This document shows positions 30,174 to 40,396 of a stretch of DNA of 59,395 nt, one piece after another. Within the stretch, counting starts at the first letter, position 1. Each line of letters starts with the position of its first letter. The stretch is from Candidatus Margulisiibacteriota bacterium (lineage in GTDB: Bacteria; Margulisbacteria; WOR-1; O2-12-FULL-45-9): positions 1 to 59,395 of the forward strand of contig JAYEOW010000048.1 of assembly GCA_034723395.1 (NCBI GenBank), read 5' to 3'. The notes under the pieces were generated by a model. The model ran no database searches and was not told the DNA's origin. It was given only the letters and a program-made list of their open reading frames with translations. Position numbers and translations under genes: made by a program.

Positions 30174-31705
30174 CCCAGAGGGCAAATATTAAAGATATAT
30201 CAAGTATCGCCAAGAAGGCCAAAATCCATTCCTCCGATCTTGAACTCCATGGGCGCAATAAAGCAAAAATCAGCTTAAAAGCGCTTAAAAGATTAAAGAA
30301 CAAAAAAGATGGCAAGCTGATTTTAGTTACTACAATGTCTCCAACCCCCCAGGGCGAAGGGAAGACCACGACAACTATCGGCTTATCCCAGGCGCTGCCA
30401 AATTCGATCGCCTGTATTCGTGAGCCATCTCTAGGACCGGTGATGGGAATGAAGGGTGGGGCGGCTGGAGGCGGACATTCTCAGGTTATTCCGATGGACG
30501 ATATCAACCTCCATTTAACCGGTGATATGCACATGATCACTTCGGCGCATAATTTGCTGACCGCGATGCTTTACAACCATGTGTATCAGGGGAATAAACT
30601 TGATATCGATGCGAACAAGATCGTCTGGAAGCGGATAATGGATATGAACGATCGTTCGTTGCGCGGCGTTTTCGATATTACCGCCTCGTCTGAAGTAATG
30701 GCGATCCTCTGTTTATCTAAGAATGTTAGCGATATGAAAAAGCGGCTCGGGGAAATTGTAATTGCTTATACTAAGAACGCAAAGGTGATCCGGGCTAAGG
30801 ATATTAAGGCGCATGGGGCGATGGCACTCCTTTTGTGGCATGCGATAAAACCGAATCTGGTTCAAACTTTAGAGGGGGGCCCTGTCCTGATTCACGGCGG
30901 ACCTTTTGCAAACATTGCCCACGGTTGTAATAGTTTGGTTGCTACTCAATTGGCGCTAAAACTTGCCGACTATGTTGTGACCGAGGCTGGATTTGGTTCC
31001 GATCTCGGAGCGGAGAAATTCTTTAACATTAAGTGCAGGGTAGGGAAATTAAAACCTTCTGCCGCGGTATTAGTCGTTACCAAACAGGCAATCGAGCGGC
31101 ACGGTTATGATAATGTTGCTAAACATGTTGAAAATCTTCAATCGTTTGGGGTTCCAATCGTGATTGCGATCAATAAGAAAGCAGATGACACCAAAGACGA
31201 TTTGAAAGAGATTGAGAAACGATGTTTGCGTTTTGGTGTCCCTTGCGTAGTTTCTGATGTATGGAGGCATGGAGGGAAGGGTGGAAAGGATTTGGCAAAA
31301 GCGGTAATCGAAGTTTGCAAACGAAAATCAAAGTTTAAATATCTTTACGATGTTAAAGGTTCGATCAGGGAAAAGATCGGAACGATCGCTAAAAAGATCT
31401 ACGGCGCGGATGGGGTTCAATTTACCGAGAGGGCCTTAAAAGATATTGAGCGGTTAAATAAGATCGGTTTGTCAAGTCTTCCGATCTGTATGGCCAAGAC
31501 CCAGTATTCATTGTCCGATAACAAGAATGCATACGGTAGGCCGAAGGGTTTTAAAATTACGGTCCGTGAACTCAAACCTTCTGCCGGCGCAGGATTCATT
31601 GTTGCCTATTGTGGTGCTATAATGACTATGCCGGGGCTGCCAAAACATCCCGCAGCGGAAAACATGGATGTTAGTGAGGACGGGAGGATAAAAGGATTGT
31701 TTTAA
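30152..31705 (+). CDS. fhs: Formate--tetrahydrofolate ligase
   Basis: [49 protein letters not shown]. Confidence 0.95.
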   Translation: MLTDIEIAQRANIKDISSIAKKAKIHSSDLELHGRNKAKISLKALKRLKNKKDGKLILVTTMSPTPQGEGKTTTTIGLSQALPNSIACIREPSLGPVMGMKGGAAGGGHSQVIPMDDINLHLTGDMHMITSAHNLLTAMLYNHVYQGNKLDIDANKIVWKRIMDMNDRSLRGVFDITASSEVMAILCLSKNVSDMKKRLGEIVIAYTKNAKVIRAKDIKAHGAMALLLWHAIKPNLVQTLEGGPVLIHGGPFANIAHGCNSLVATQLALKLADYVVTEAGFGSDLGAEKFFNIKCRVGKLKPSAAVLVVTKQAIERHGYDNVAKHVENLQSFGVPIVIAINKKADDTKDDLKEIEKRCLRFGVPCVVSDVWRHGGKGGKDLAKAVIEVCKRKSKFKYLYDVKGSIREKIGTIAKKIYGADGVQFTERALKDIERLNKIGLSSLPICMAKTQYSLSDNKNAYGRPKGFKITVRELKPSAGAGFIVAYCGAIMTMPGLPKHPAAENMDVSEDGRIKGLF

Positions 31706-32265
31706 TGATCGATCAAAAGCGGATAGAAAAAGCGGTTAGAGATATCTTGAAGGCGATTGGGGAGAACCCAAATCGTGAAGGGGTAAAAAATACCCCCAAG
31801 CGGGTTGCGCGAATGTATGCGGAGATTTTTGCCGGCCTGCATAAAGACCCGGGAAAAGAGATATCGATCTTCCATAACGAAGAGCACGAAGAGATGGTCA
31901 TGGTAAAAAATATTCCTTTTTATTCGATGTGTGAACATCATCTGGTCCCTTTTATTGGTAAGGCGCATGTCGCTTATATACCGACGAAGGGTAAAGTTAC
32001 CGGGCTCTCAAAGTTAGTTCGCGTAGTTGAAGGATTTGCCAAACGTCCTCAGGTCCAGGAGCGCTTAACCAGCGAAATTGCCGATTGCTTGATGAAGCGA
32101 TTAAGACCGCATGGGGTTTTAATCGTTATCGAGGCCGAGCATTTGTGTATGTCGATGAGGGGGGTGAAGAAGCCAGGGGCGGTTACTACTACGTCTGCGG
32201 TGCGCGGGGTTTTCCAGAAGAACGCCAAGACCCGCGCCGAAGCCCTCTCTCTGATCAAGTCTTAG
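31705..32265 (+). CDS. folE: GTP cyclohydrolase I
   Basis: [36 protein letters not shown]. Confidence 0.98.
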   Translation: MIDQKRIEKAVRDILKAIGENPNREGVKNTPKRVARMYAEIFAGLHKDPGKEISIFHNEEHEEMVMVKNIPFYSMCEHHLVPFIGKAHVAYIPTKGKVTGLSKLVRVVEGFAKRPQVQERLTSEIADCLMKRLRPHGVLIVIEAEHLCMSMRGVKKPGAVTTTSAVRGVFQKNAKTRAEALSLIKS

Positions 32266-33359
32266 TGAAACATCTATTAGCTATCAATAAGATCGAAAAA
32301 GTTGGTCCTGTAACCATTAAAAAATTATGGGAGCATTTTGGTTCTATCGAAAACGCTTGGGAAGCTAACGCCGAGAATATCCTGCAGGTTGAGGGGATAA
32401 ATAAGAATGCGGCCGAAGCTTTTATTCAAAATAGAAATAAGATTGATTTAAATCAAGAATTAGAAGCTATTCGAAAAAGTGACATTAAAGTGTTAACTTT
32501 AGAAGACAAAAATTATCCTACAACACTAAAAAATATTTATGCCCCGCCGCCAGTTTTATATCTAAAGGGGAGCCTTCAAAAGCAAGACGAGAAAGCGATC
32601 GCGATTGTGGGGACGAGGAGGGCATCGAGGTATGGTAAGGAAATAGCTAAAAAATTAGCTTACGAATTGTCTTCTATGGGCTTTACCATCGTTTCCGGCA
32701 TGGCGGCAGGGATTGATACCGTCGCACACCAGGGGGCGCTTGAAGCTGGCGGTAGAACCTTGGCCATATTTGGGACTGGAGTCGATGTGATTTATCCTAG
32801 AAGTAATAAAGAATTGTCTGAACAAATAAGTTCCTCAGGAGCGTTAATCTCTGAATTTCCGATTGGCGCTGACCCAGATAAAGGTTCTTTTCCGCGAAGG
32901 AATAGAGTTATTTCCGGACTTTCGATGGGAACTATTGTAATTGAAGGAGACTATACTAGCGGCGCGATGATCACGGCAAAGTGTGCTTTGGACCAGGGAC
33001 GAGAAGTATTCGCCGTTCCGGGGAATGTTGAGATTGACCAATCCAAAGGGCCGCACTGGCTGATCAAGAATGGAGCTAAACTGGTCGAGACGGTAGATGA
33101 CGTTCTGGAAGAGCTTAATATGGTTCGACCAGTAATGACAAATGACAAATTAAAAATGACAAATGAATGTAGAAATTATTCGGAGTTATCTGATGAGCAG
33201 AAAAAAATTGTTGAAGTGTTGTCTCTGGAACCGAAGCATATTGATCGGATAGTGATTGAAACCTCGCTTGCGATCTCCCAAGTTTCAAGCCTCCTGATGA
33301 TGCTGGAAGTTAAAAAAATAATTCGCCAGCTCCCCGGCAAAATGTTCATTCTTTACTAA
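32265..33359 (+). CDS. dprA: DNA-processing protein DprA (start moved to the GTG at 32265)
   Basis: AIVGTR, VSGMAAGID, FPRRNRVISG, GREVFAVPG; C-terminal winged helix. Confidence 0.95.
   Translation: MKHLLAINKIEKVGPVTIKKLWEHFGSIENAWEANAENILQVEGINKNAAEAFIQNRNKIDLNQELEAIRKSDIKVLTLEDKNYPTTLKNIYAPPPVLYLKGSLQKQDEKAIAIVGTRRASRYGKEIAKKLAYELSSMGFTIVSGMAAGIDTVAHQGALEAGGRTLAIFGTGVDVIYPRSNKELSEQISSSGALISEFPIGADPDKGSFPRRNRVISGLSMGTIVIEGDYTSGAMITAKCALDQGREVFAVPGNVEIDQSKGPHWLIKNGAKLVETVDDVLEELNMVRPVMTNDKLKMTNECRNYSELSDEQKKIVEVLSLEPKHIDRIVIETSLAISQVSSLLMMLEVKKIIRQLPGKMFILY
33134..33167. repeat. Heptamer element read in frame within dprA
   Basis: aatgacaaatgacaaattaaaaatgacaaatgaa, 32/34 identical to the reverse complement of 1581-1614. 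Confidence 0.8.
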
Positions 33360-33389
33360 TTTGCATAAGCACGCTAAAATAGAAGTATT

Positions 33390-34652
33390 ATGGTGCTTTT
33401 CTCAGAGATGTTTGTGTCCAGGCTCATCGGGATCCCGGTAGTCGATAAACTACAGGAACATGTAGGGGAAGTTAGGGATATTATCCTTTCCCTGGGTGAG
33501 GTGTTTCCAAAAGTGACAGGTCTTTTACTTCGCTGGCCCGAAGGGGCCGTTGTCCTGATGAGCGAGATCGAGCTTGTCGGCCAGCAATTTGTAGTTACTA
33601 AAGCAGTCAAAGAACGGATCGTATATACTAAATTACGCGAAGGTGAGGTTCGCTTAGTTAAAGATTTGATGGATAAACAGATCGTTGATACCGAAGGGGC
33701 AAGAGTTATTCGGGTTAATGATCTTAAGCTTGCGAAGGTTGGGCAAGATGTAAGGTTGATCGCGGCCGATGTGGGGTTTAAAGGGCTCCTGCGCAGGCTT
33801 GGCTGGCTGGAGATGATCAGTTTCGTTTTGGGAATATTTAAAAAACAGGTTCCTGATACTTTGATCGGCTGGGACCATGTTGAGCAGTTAAAAACGGATA
33901 AGGCAAAGGGGATAATAACCGTTCCGACAAAACATCTTTCGGAGATGCACCCGTCGGATATTGCCAGCGTGATTAGCCAGGTGCATTCCGAAGAAAAGAC
34001 CGCTATCTTTACCTCACTTTCAGAAAAAACCGCGGCTGAAGCGTTGCATGAGTTAGAGCCGAAGATCCAGGCGCTGCTTTTGATGACGATTGATACAAAA
34101 AGGGCATTAAGTATTTTGGATAAAATGCCGGTGGACGAAGTGGCCGACGTTCTGGGTGACCTTCCATCGGAAAATGCAGAGAATTTTCTCCGCCTGATGA
34201 AGCCAAAGAAAGCAGGAGAGGTTAGAAAGCTTCTCAAACATCCGGATGAAACGGCGGGAGGTTTGATGACGACTGAGTTTATCGTGCTTCCGCATGACCT
34301 GACCACCCAGCAAGCTATCGAAAAGATGCGAGCCGAAGCGGTTGAGGCGGAGACTATTTATTATATCTATTTTACGGACGACGGCGGGAAATTGATCGGG
34401 GTTATTTCTCTGCGTGATCTGATTGTCGCCCCCCCTGATACGAAAATTGACAAAGTGATGAGCAAGAATCTAATTACCGTTGAGCCGGAAACAGATCAAA
34501 AAACAGTGGCGGCGATCATTTCGAAATATAATTTATTGGCTGTTCCGGTCGTAGATAAAGCAGGGAAGATCATGGGGATCATTACGGTTGACGATGTTAT
34601 TGATTTTATCTTGCCGCCGATTTCTAGAAGGATCCGGCATATGCTGGGGTAG
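33390..34652 (+). CDS. MgtE-like cytosolic protein (PRC barrels, MgtE N-domain, CBS pair; no TM domain)
   Basis: DKQIVDTEG...RVNDL, HPSDIA, ETAGGLMTTE, LAVPVVD...GIITVDD. Confidence 0.85.
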   Translation: MVLFSEMFVSRLIGIPVVDKLQEHVGEVRDIILSLGEVFPKVTGLLLRWPEGAVVLMSEIELVGQQFVVTKAVKERIVYTKLREGEVRLVKDLMDKQIVDTEGARVIRVNDLKLAKVGQDVRLIAADVGFKGLLRRLGWLEMISFVLGIFKKQVPDTLIGWDHVEQLKTDKAKGIITVPTKHLSEMHPSDIASVISQVHSEEKTAIFTSLSEKTAAEALHELEPKIQALLLMTIDTKRALSILDKMPVDEVADVLGDLPSENAENFLRLMKPKKAGEVRKLLKHPDETAGGLMTTEFIVLPHDLTTQQAIEKMRAEAVEAETIYYIYFTDDGGKLIGVISLRDLIVAPPDTKIDKVMSKNLITVEPETDQKTVAAIISKYNLLAVPVVDKAGKIMGIITVDDVIDFILPPISRRIRHMLG

Positions 34653-34658
34653 TTTGTT

Positions 34659-35900
34659 ATGCGTATTCCACGATTTAGAAGATTATGGTTGTTCCTTTTA
34701 ATCCTCGGCCCCGGCTTGATCGCGGCGATCGCCGGGAATGATGCCGGTGGCACTGCTACCTATTCGATTGTCGGGGCGAACTACGGTTATCATATGCTGT
34801 GGATGCTTCTCCTGGTCGGAATATCGCTGATCGTTATTCAGGAGATGTGCGCCCGGATGGGGGTTGTCACAGGGAAGGGACTCTCAGACCTTATCCGCGA
34901 GGAATTTGGCGTCCGCTGGACATTTTTTGCAATGGCCATTCTTCTGGTCGCAAATATCGCGGTGACAATCTCCGAATTTGCCGGGATCGCGGCCAGTCTC
35001 GAGATCTTTGGGATTACCCGCTACCTTTCAGTCCCGGTAATGGTTATGCTGATCTGGTTTTTAATGACGCGCGGAAGTTACAAAGGGGTGGAGCGGATAT
35101 TTATCGCTATGTGTTTTATCTATGTGGCGTATATTTTTTCCGGGGTCATGGCCAGGCCGGATTGGGGATTGGCCTTGAGAAGTACATTTACGCCAAGTTT
35201 TTCGTTTGATATAAATTTTATCCTGATCGCGATCGCGATGGTTGGTACTACCGTGACCCCCTGGATGCAGTTTTATCTCCAATCTTCGGTGGTGGAAAAG
35301 GGGATAAAGATAAAACAGTACAGATATCAGCGGTGGGATGTTATTTTAGGCTCAATTATTGCGGTGATCATTGCCTTCTTTATTGTTGTTGCCTGCGCGG
35401 CGGTGCTTTTTCCAAGGGGGATCGTGATCCACGAAGCAAAAGAGGCGGCAATGGCGCTGCGCCCTTTTGCCGGTAATTATGCCTATCTTCTCTTTGCCCT
35501 GGGCCTCTTTGCCTCTTCGACCTTAGGGGCCTCAATTCTCCCCTTGTCTTCGTCATATGCGATTTGCGAAGCATTTGGCTGGGAGAACGGGATCAGTAAA
35601 AAGTTTGACGAAGCGCCGATCTTTTTCACCTTATACACTTTGTTGATCGTGATCGGAGGAGGCGTTGTCCTTTTCCCCAACACACATCTAATTAGTATTA
35701 TGTTGTTTTCCCAGACCGCTAACGGAATACTGTTTCCATTTATCCTGATCTTTATGCTCCTGCTGGTAAACAAGAAGAGGTTAATGGGGGAATATGTAAA
35801 CTCAAAGTTTAATAATTTTATCGCGGGATCAACTGCGATCGTGTTGATTTTGCTTACGATATTTCTAATTATCGCTACCATTACTGGCAAGGTGACCTAA
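34659..35900 (+). CDS. Nramp-family divalent cation transporter (NRMT/Mg-type)
   Basis: GPGLIAAIAGNDAGG, QEMCARMG, GTTVTPWMQFY; about 11 TM segments. Confidence 0.88.
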   Translation: MRIPRFRRLWLFLLILGPGLIAAIAGNDAGGTATYSIVGANYGYHMLWMLLLVGISLIVIQEMCARMGVVTGKGLSDLIREEFGVRWTFFAMAILLVANIAVTISEFAGIAASLEIFGITRYLSVPVMVMLIWFLMTRGSYKGVERIFIAMCFIYVAYIFSGVMARPDWGLALRSTFTPSFSFDINFILIAIAMVGTTVTPWMQFYLQSSVVEKGIKIKQYRYQRWDVILGSIIAVIIAFFIVVACAAVLFPRGIVIHEAKEAAMALRPFAGNYAYLLFALGLFASSTLGASILPLSSSYAICEAFGWENGISKKFDEAPIFFTLYTLLIVIGGGVVLFPNTHLISIMLFSQTANGILFPFILIFMLLLVNKKRLMGEYVNSKFNNFIAGSTAIVLILLTIFLIIATITGKVT

Positions 35901-35937
35901 AATATGCTAAGATACCAGCTCCCTTCCGGGAAAATGT

Positions 35938-37278
35938 ATGTTTAAGAAGGTCTTAATTGCCAATCGAGGTGAGATAGCGGTCCGCATCATCCGCGCAGCT
36001 AAAGAGTTGGGGATGGAAACGGTCGCTGTTTATTCCGAAGCCGACAAAGATTCTCTCCATGTAAAGATTGCTGACGAAGCCTTCTGTATCGGTCCTCCTG
36101 CCCCTAACAAAAGTTATCTGAATATCCCCGCGATCATGAGTGTTGCCGAACTGGCCGGGGTAAGCGCGATCCATCCCGGATACGGATTCCTGGCTGAGAA
36201 CGCTAAATTTGTGGAGATCTGCACTGCCAGCAACATTAAATTTATTGGTCCGCCGATCAATGCGATGCAAAAAATGGGAGATAAGGCTACGGCGAGAAAG
36301 ACTGTCCAGAAAGCTGGCGTTCCAGTTGTTCCCGGTTCTGACGGGATAATCTCTGACGTAAACGAGGCCTTAAAATTGGCCGATGGGATCGGTTTTCCTG
36401 TATTGGTGAAAGCGACCGCGGGTGGTGGTGGAAGAGGGATGAGGGTGGTTTTTGACCGGAAAGATTTTGCTAACCTTATGAAGACGGCGCAGTCGGAAGC
36501 AGAGGCCTGTTTTGGCAATCCGGATGTTTATATCGAAAAGTTTATCGAAGAGCCGCGCCATATCGAAGTCCAGGTAATGGCCGATAATTATGGAAATGTT
36601 ATCCATTTGGGGGAGAGAGATTGTTCGATCCAGCGGCGCCACCAGAAATTGGTCGAAGAAGCTCCTTCGCCCGTAATTGACGATCGTACCAGAAGGAAGA
36701 TCGGGGAATCGGCGGTCAGGGCGGCCAAAGCGGTCAATTATGAAGGGGCGGGGACGATAGAATTCCTCTACGACAAACATGGCAAGTTCTATTTTATGGA
36801 GATGAATACCCGGGTCCAGGTTGAGCACCCGGTCACCGAGATGATCACCAATACCGATATTATTAAAATGCAGATCTCGGTTGCTGAAGGGGATAAGTTG
36901 AGATATCGTCAGGGGGACATTAATTTTAAAGGGCATTGTATAGAATGCCGCATTAACGCGGAGAACCATGAGCGGAATTTTATGCCTTCACCAGGAGAGA
37001 TCAAGGCGTACCTTGCTCCGGGAGGCTTGGGAATTCGGGTCGATAGCCACGCATACCCGGGATATAAAGTGCTCCCACACTACGATTCATTAGTCGCCAA
37101 ATTGATCACCTGGGGGAAGAATCGAAAAGATGCGATCCGGAAGATGGAGAGAGCATTGGATGAATATGTTATTGACGGCATTCACACCACGATCCCCTTC
37201 CATTTGAAAGTTCTGCGCAACGAAGCCTTCCGCCGTGGTGAAACGACCACTAAGTTCATCGAAGAGCATTTTAGTTAA
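35938..37278 (+). CDS. accC: Acetyl-CoA carboxylase biotin carboxylase subunit
   Basis: IANRGEIA, HPGYGFLAEN, GGGGRGM, ERDCSIQRRHQK, EMNTRVQVEH. Confidence 0.97.
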   Translation: MFKKVLIANRGEIAVRIIRAAKELGMETVAVYSEADKDSLHVKIADEAFCIGPPAPNKSYLNIPAIMSVAELAGVSAIHPGYGFLAENAKFVEICTASNIKFIGPPINAMQKMGDKATARKTVQKAGVPVVPGSDGIISDVNEALKLADGIGFPVLVKATAGGGGRGMRVVFDRKDFANLMKTAQSEAEACFGNPDVYIEKFIEEPRHIEVQVMADNYGNVIHLGERDCSIQRRHQKLVEEAPSPVIDDRTRRKIGESAVRAAKAVNYEGAGTIEFLYDKHGKFYFMEMNTRVQVEHPVTEMITNTDIIKMQISVAEGDKLRYRQGDINFKGHCIECRINAENHERNFMPSPGEIKAYLAPGGLGIRVDSHAYPGYKVLPHYDSLVAKLITWGKNRKDAIRKMERALDEYVIDGIHTTIPFHLKVLRNEAFRRGETTTKFIEEHFS

Positions 37279-37280
37279 TT

Positions 37281-37682
37281 ATGGGCAAAAGAAGCACTGC
37301 GCGGCGTATCGCTATGCAGGTCCTCTATCAAGCCGACCTAGCCGGGTCTGACCCCGAAACCGCGCTTAGGAATATCTCCGATAACGAAAAATTTATCCCC
37401 GAAACGGTAGAATTTGCTACTCAATTGGCCAAAGCGGCCTGGGATGAGCGGGATGAACTTGATAAAGAGATATCGGGATTAGCGATCGATTGGCCGATCG
37501 ATCGGATTGGGAAGGTCGATCGGAGTGTTTTAAGGCTGGCGATCCACGAATTACGTAAGAATGAAACTCCCTCAGCGGTTGTAATCAACGAAGCGGTTGA
37601 ATTGGCTAAGAAGTACTCCTCACAAGAGGCAGCGAAGTTTATCAACGGTATTTTAGGCGCTTATCTACGAAATAAAGATTAA
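37281..37682 (+). CDS. nusB: Transcription antitermination factor
   Basis: RSTARRIAMQVLYQ, DRSVLRLA, INEAVELAKKY, FINGILG. Confidence 0.96.
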   Translation: MGKRSTARRIAMQVLYQADLAGSDPETALRNISDNEKFIPETVEFATQLAKAAWDERDELDKEISGLAIDWPIDRIGKVDRSVLRLAIHELRKNETPSAVVINEAVELAKKYSSQEAAKFINGILGAYLRNKD

Positions 37683-37829
37683 TCTTTTTTTTCGTGAGAA
37701 ACAATCTGTTCGACTGCTTTTTGTAATAAATGTTTGTCTGGTAGCGATAGACGATATTTTGAAGCAAATAGTTTATTAGAGATGCCTCCTAAAGCGTATT
37801 CAACCAGAACATGGTCCTTTTAAGATCAA
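37679..37829 (-). pseudogene. 3' fragment of a YhcG/DUF1016 (PDDEXK nuclease) gene
   Basis: Hand translation KDHVLVEYALGGISNKLFASKYRLSLPDKHLLQKAVEQIVSHEKKD*, resembling the DUF1016 C-terminus; in-frame stop immediately upstream. Confidence 0.7.
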
Positions 37830-37850
37830 TTAAGACAAAACATTTTAGGA

Positions 37851-37884
37851 TGCGATGATAGTGCACACTCTACTTGACACTAAC
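37851..37884 (+). mobile_element. IS-terminus-like scar (IS256-like), copy 1
   Basis: tgcgatgatagtgcacactctacttgacactaac, 33/34 identical to the reverse complement of 59271-59304. Confidence 0.55.
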
Positions 37885-37930
37885 CGAATAATTGTTTTTG
37901 CCTTAAAAATATAGTATAATAACATTTCGT

Positions 37931-38587
37931 ATGTTCAGCGGGATTATTGAAGAGCTAGGGATCGTTACCTCACTGATTCGAGGTTTGCAATCCGCTAAAT
38001 TGGCCCTTTCGGTCAGCAAAAACTTCACCGCTTTGAAAGTAGGGGAAAGTATTGCTGTAAATGGGGTTTGTCTTACTGTGGCCAATATTCGCAAGAATTC
38101 CCTCGAATTTGATGTTTCCCCCGAATCCTTAAAACGCTCAAATCTCCAATATTTAAAGATAGGGGATAAAGTTAACCTGGAAAGAGCTCTCCTGTTATCC
38201 GGACGACTCGGCGGGCATATCGTTACCGGGCATGTGGATGGGGTTGGTGAGATCCGCAGCAAGATCCTCCGGGATAAGCATGTTGAATTTCAGGTCTCGG
38301 TTCCCAGCAAACTTTTGAATTATTTTGTTCCCAAAGGCTCGATCACGATCGATGGGATCAGTTTAACAGTTTCGGACGTTAAAAATTTACTGCTTATCGT
38401 TAATATTATTCCTCATACCGCGAAAACTACTACTCTGGGCGATCTTGATGTGGGAGATCGGGTAAATATTGAAGTTGATATCCTCTCGAAATATATTGAA
38501 AGGCATTTGAAGAGGGAGGCCGGGAATATTAACGAAGAGACCTTGTCCCGTGTCGGGTTTTTCCCCATGGGGTGGATCGATAATTAA
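37931..38587 (+). CDS. ribE: Riboflavin synthase alpha chain
   Basis: MFSGIIEE, SIAVNGVCLT, VNLERA, GGHIVTGHVDG, VNIEVD. Confidence 0.96.
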   Translation: MFSGIIEELGIVTSLIRGLQSAKLALSVSKNFTALKVGESIAVNGVCLTVANIRKNSLEFDVSPESLKRSNLQYLKIGDKVNLERALLLSGRLGGHIVTGHVDGVGEIRSKILRDKHVEFQVSVPSKLLNYFVPKGSITIDGISLTVSDVKNLLLIVNIIPHTAKTTTLGDLDVGDRVNIEVDILSKYIERHLKREAGNINEETLSRVGFFPMGWIDN

Positions 38588-38680
38588 AATGAAAAATTAA
38601 AAATAAAAAAACACATACAAAAAATATAAATATTTGAGTTTTCGATTTGTGTTTTTTGTCTTTTGTTTTTAATTTTTTAT
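38586..38680. repeat. AT-rich imperfect palindrome, family copy 1
   Basis: A-rich arm with aaaaaacaca, centre aaatattt, T-rich arm with tgtgtttttt. Confidence 0.7.
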
Positions 38681-38690
38681 ATCAAAAATT

Positions 38691-39971
38691 ATGAAACTTA
38701 AATTTAATACAATAAAACAAGCAATAGAGGATATCCAGAACGGTAAAATGGTTGTCGTCGTGGACGACTCTGACCGCGAAAACGAAGGGGATCTGGTTAT
38801 AGCGGCCGAAAAGATCACTCCCGAAGCGGTAAACTTTATGATCAGCGATGGTAAAGGTTTAGTTTGTGTTCCGATGAATGGTGATCGACTTGATCAATTG
38901 GAACTTCGCCAGATGGTTGATCATAACCGCGAAAGTATGCGGACCGCTTTTACCGTTTCGGTCGATGCGGACGTAAAACATGGTGTTTCAACCGGTATTT
39001 CGCCGGCCGACCGGGCGAAGACGATCGAAGTTCTGATTAATCCTAAATCGAAAAAGTATGATTTAGTTAGTCCCGGCCATATTTTCCCTCTCCGGGTAAG
39101 AGAGGGGGGAGTGCTTAAAAGAGCGGGGCATACTGAGGCAGCCGTAGATTTGGCAAAGCTTGCCGGCCTTTATCCGGCGTCCGTTATCTGCGAAATTATC
39201 GATAAAAGCGGGAAGATGGCACGCACTCCGCAATTGATCGAATTCGCTAAAAAGCATAAGCTAAAAATGGTCTCGATTGCCGATCTCATCTCTTACCGTC
39301 TCCGCAATGAAAAACTTGTAAAGCTTGTAACTTCAGTGAAATTACCGACCAGGCATGGCGATTTTAAGGCATACGCTTATGAGGACCTTTTAAATGGCGA
39401 TATTCATGTTGCTCTGGTAAAAGGGAAGGTTTCCGGCAAAAAGAACGTTTTAGTTCGTGTACATTCAGAGTGTTTAACCGGCGATGTTTTTCATTCGCTA
39501 CGCTGTGACTGTGGCGAGCAGTTGGCGGGGGCACTGGACAAGATCGAATTTGTCGGCGAAGGCGTTTTGCTCTACATGCGGCAGGAAGGGCGGGGGATCG
39601 GGTTGAAAGATAAACTATGTGCCTATAAACTTCAGGAGCAGGGGCATGATACAGTTGAAGCAAATGAGCTGCTCGGTTATGATGCAGACCTAAGGGATTA
39701 TGGGGTGGGGGCGCAGATACTGGTAGATCTTGGCCTGTCAAACATCAGATTGATCACTAATAATCCAACCAAGGTTGTCGGATTAGAAGGTTACGGTTTA
39801 AAGATCAAAGAGAGGGTTCCGTTAGAGATCGAACCTAATAAACATAATGAGAAGTATATTGAAACCAAAATAAAAAAAATGGGACACATGTTAAGAGTCT
39901 CTCGACAGAGCTCGAAACAAGGGAGGAAAAATGATGGTAAAAAGGTACGAAGGGAATTTAGAGGCAAGTAA
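38691..39971 (+). CDS. ribBA: Bifunctional DHBP synthase / GTP cyclohydrolase II
   Basis: [41 protein letters not shown]. Confidence 0.97.
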   Translation: MKLKFNTIKQAIEDIQNGKMVVVVDDSDRENEGDLVIAAEKITPEAVNFMISDGKGLVCVPMNGDRLDQLELRQMVDHNRESMRTAFTVSVDADVKHGVSTGISPADRAKTIEVLINPKSKKYDLVSPGHIFPLRVREGGVLKRAGHTEAAVDLAKLAGLYPASVICEIIDKSGKMARTPQLIEFAKKHKLKMVSIADLISYRLRNEKLVKLVTSVKLPTRHGDFKAYAYEDLLNGDIHVALVKGKVSGKKNVLVRVHSECLTGDVFHSLRCDCGEQLAGALDKIEFVGEGVLLYMRQEGRGIGLKDKLCAYKLQEQGHDTVEANELLGYDADLRDYGVGAQILVDLGLSNIRLITNNPTKVVGLEGYGLKIKERVPLEIEPNKHNEKYIETKIKKMGHMLRVSRQSSKQGRKNDGKKVRREFRGK

Positions 39972-40392
39972 ACTTAAGGTCGGGATTGTTGTTTCGCGTT
40001 TCAATGAACTAGTATCAAATGGCTTATTAGGGGGTGCGCTCGATTGTCTTAAACGCCACGGCGCCAAAGATGAAAATGTCGGAGTTGCCTGGGTGCCGGG
40101 GGCTTTTGAAATTCCATTGATCGTAAAAAAGATGGTTAAAGATTACGATGCCATTATCTGTTTGGGCGCTGTAATCAGGGGGGGGACCCCTCATTTTGAG
40201 TATGTTGCCAGCGAAGCGGCAAAAGGGGTATCCAAGGTATCGCTGGATGCCGAAGTTCCTGTAATATTTGGAATTCTAACCACCGATAATTTAGAGCAGG
40301 CATTGGAAAGAGCCGGAGCTAAATCGGGGAATAAAGGTTTTAACGCGGCGCTATCGGCGATTGAGCTGGCGAACCTAAGTAAGGAGATATAA
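39931..40392 (+). CDS. ribH: 6,7-dimethyl-8-ribityllumazine synthase
   Basis: [32 protein letters not shown]. Confidence 0.97.
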   Translation: MMVKRYEGNLEASKLKVGIVVSRFNELVSNGLLGGALDCLKRHGAKDENVGVAWVPGAFEIPLIVKKMVKDYDAIICLGAVIRGGTPHFEYVASEAAKGVSKVSLDAEVPVIFGILTTDNLEQALERAGAKSGNKGFNAALSAIELANLSKEI

Positions 40393-40396
40393 GAAA

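Noticed and set aside
32085..32264. Extended N-termini for dprA, and likewise tmk, guaA, PGM, 16554 and 47917
   Set aside because: They overlap neighbouring genes or promoters; downstream starts match family N-termini, RBSs or stop/start overlaps.
33374..34306. Long antisense ORFs (e.g. 33374..34306-, 3173..3937-, 50203..50841+)
   Set aside because: Shadow frames opposite well-conserved genes, with no motifs of their own.
37851..37884. Integron attC site
   Set aside because: cactaac/gttagtg does not fit RYYYAAC/GTTRRRY, there is no attC-type palindrome and no integrase.
37885..37930. FMN riboswitch upstream of the rib genes
   Set aside because: The -10 box lies about 10 nt from the ribE ATG, leaving no room, and no RFN conserved segments are visible.
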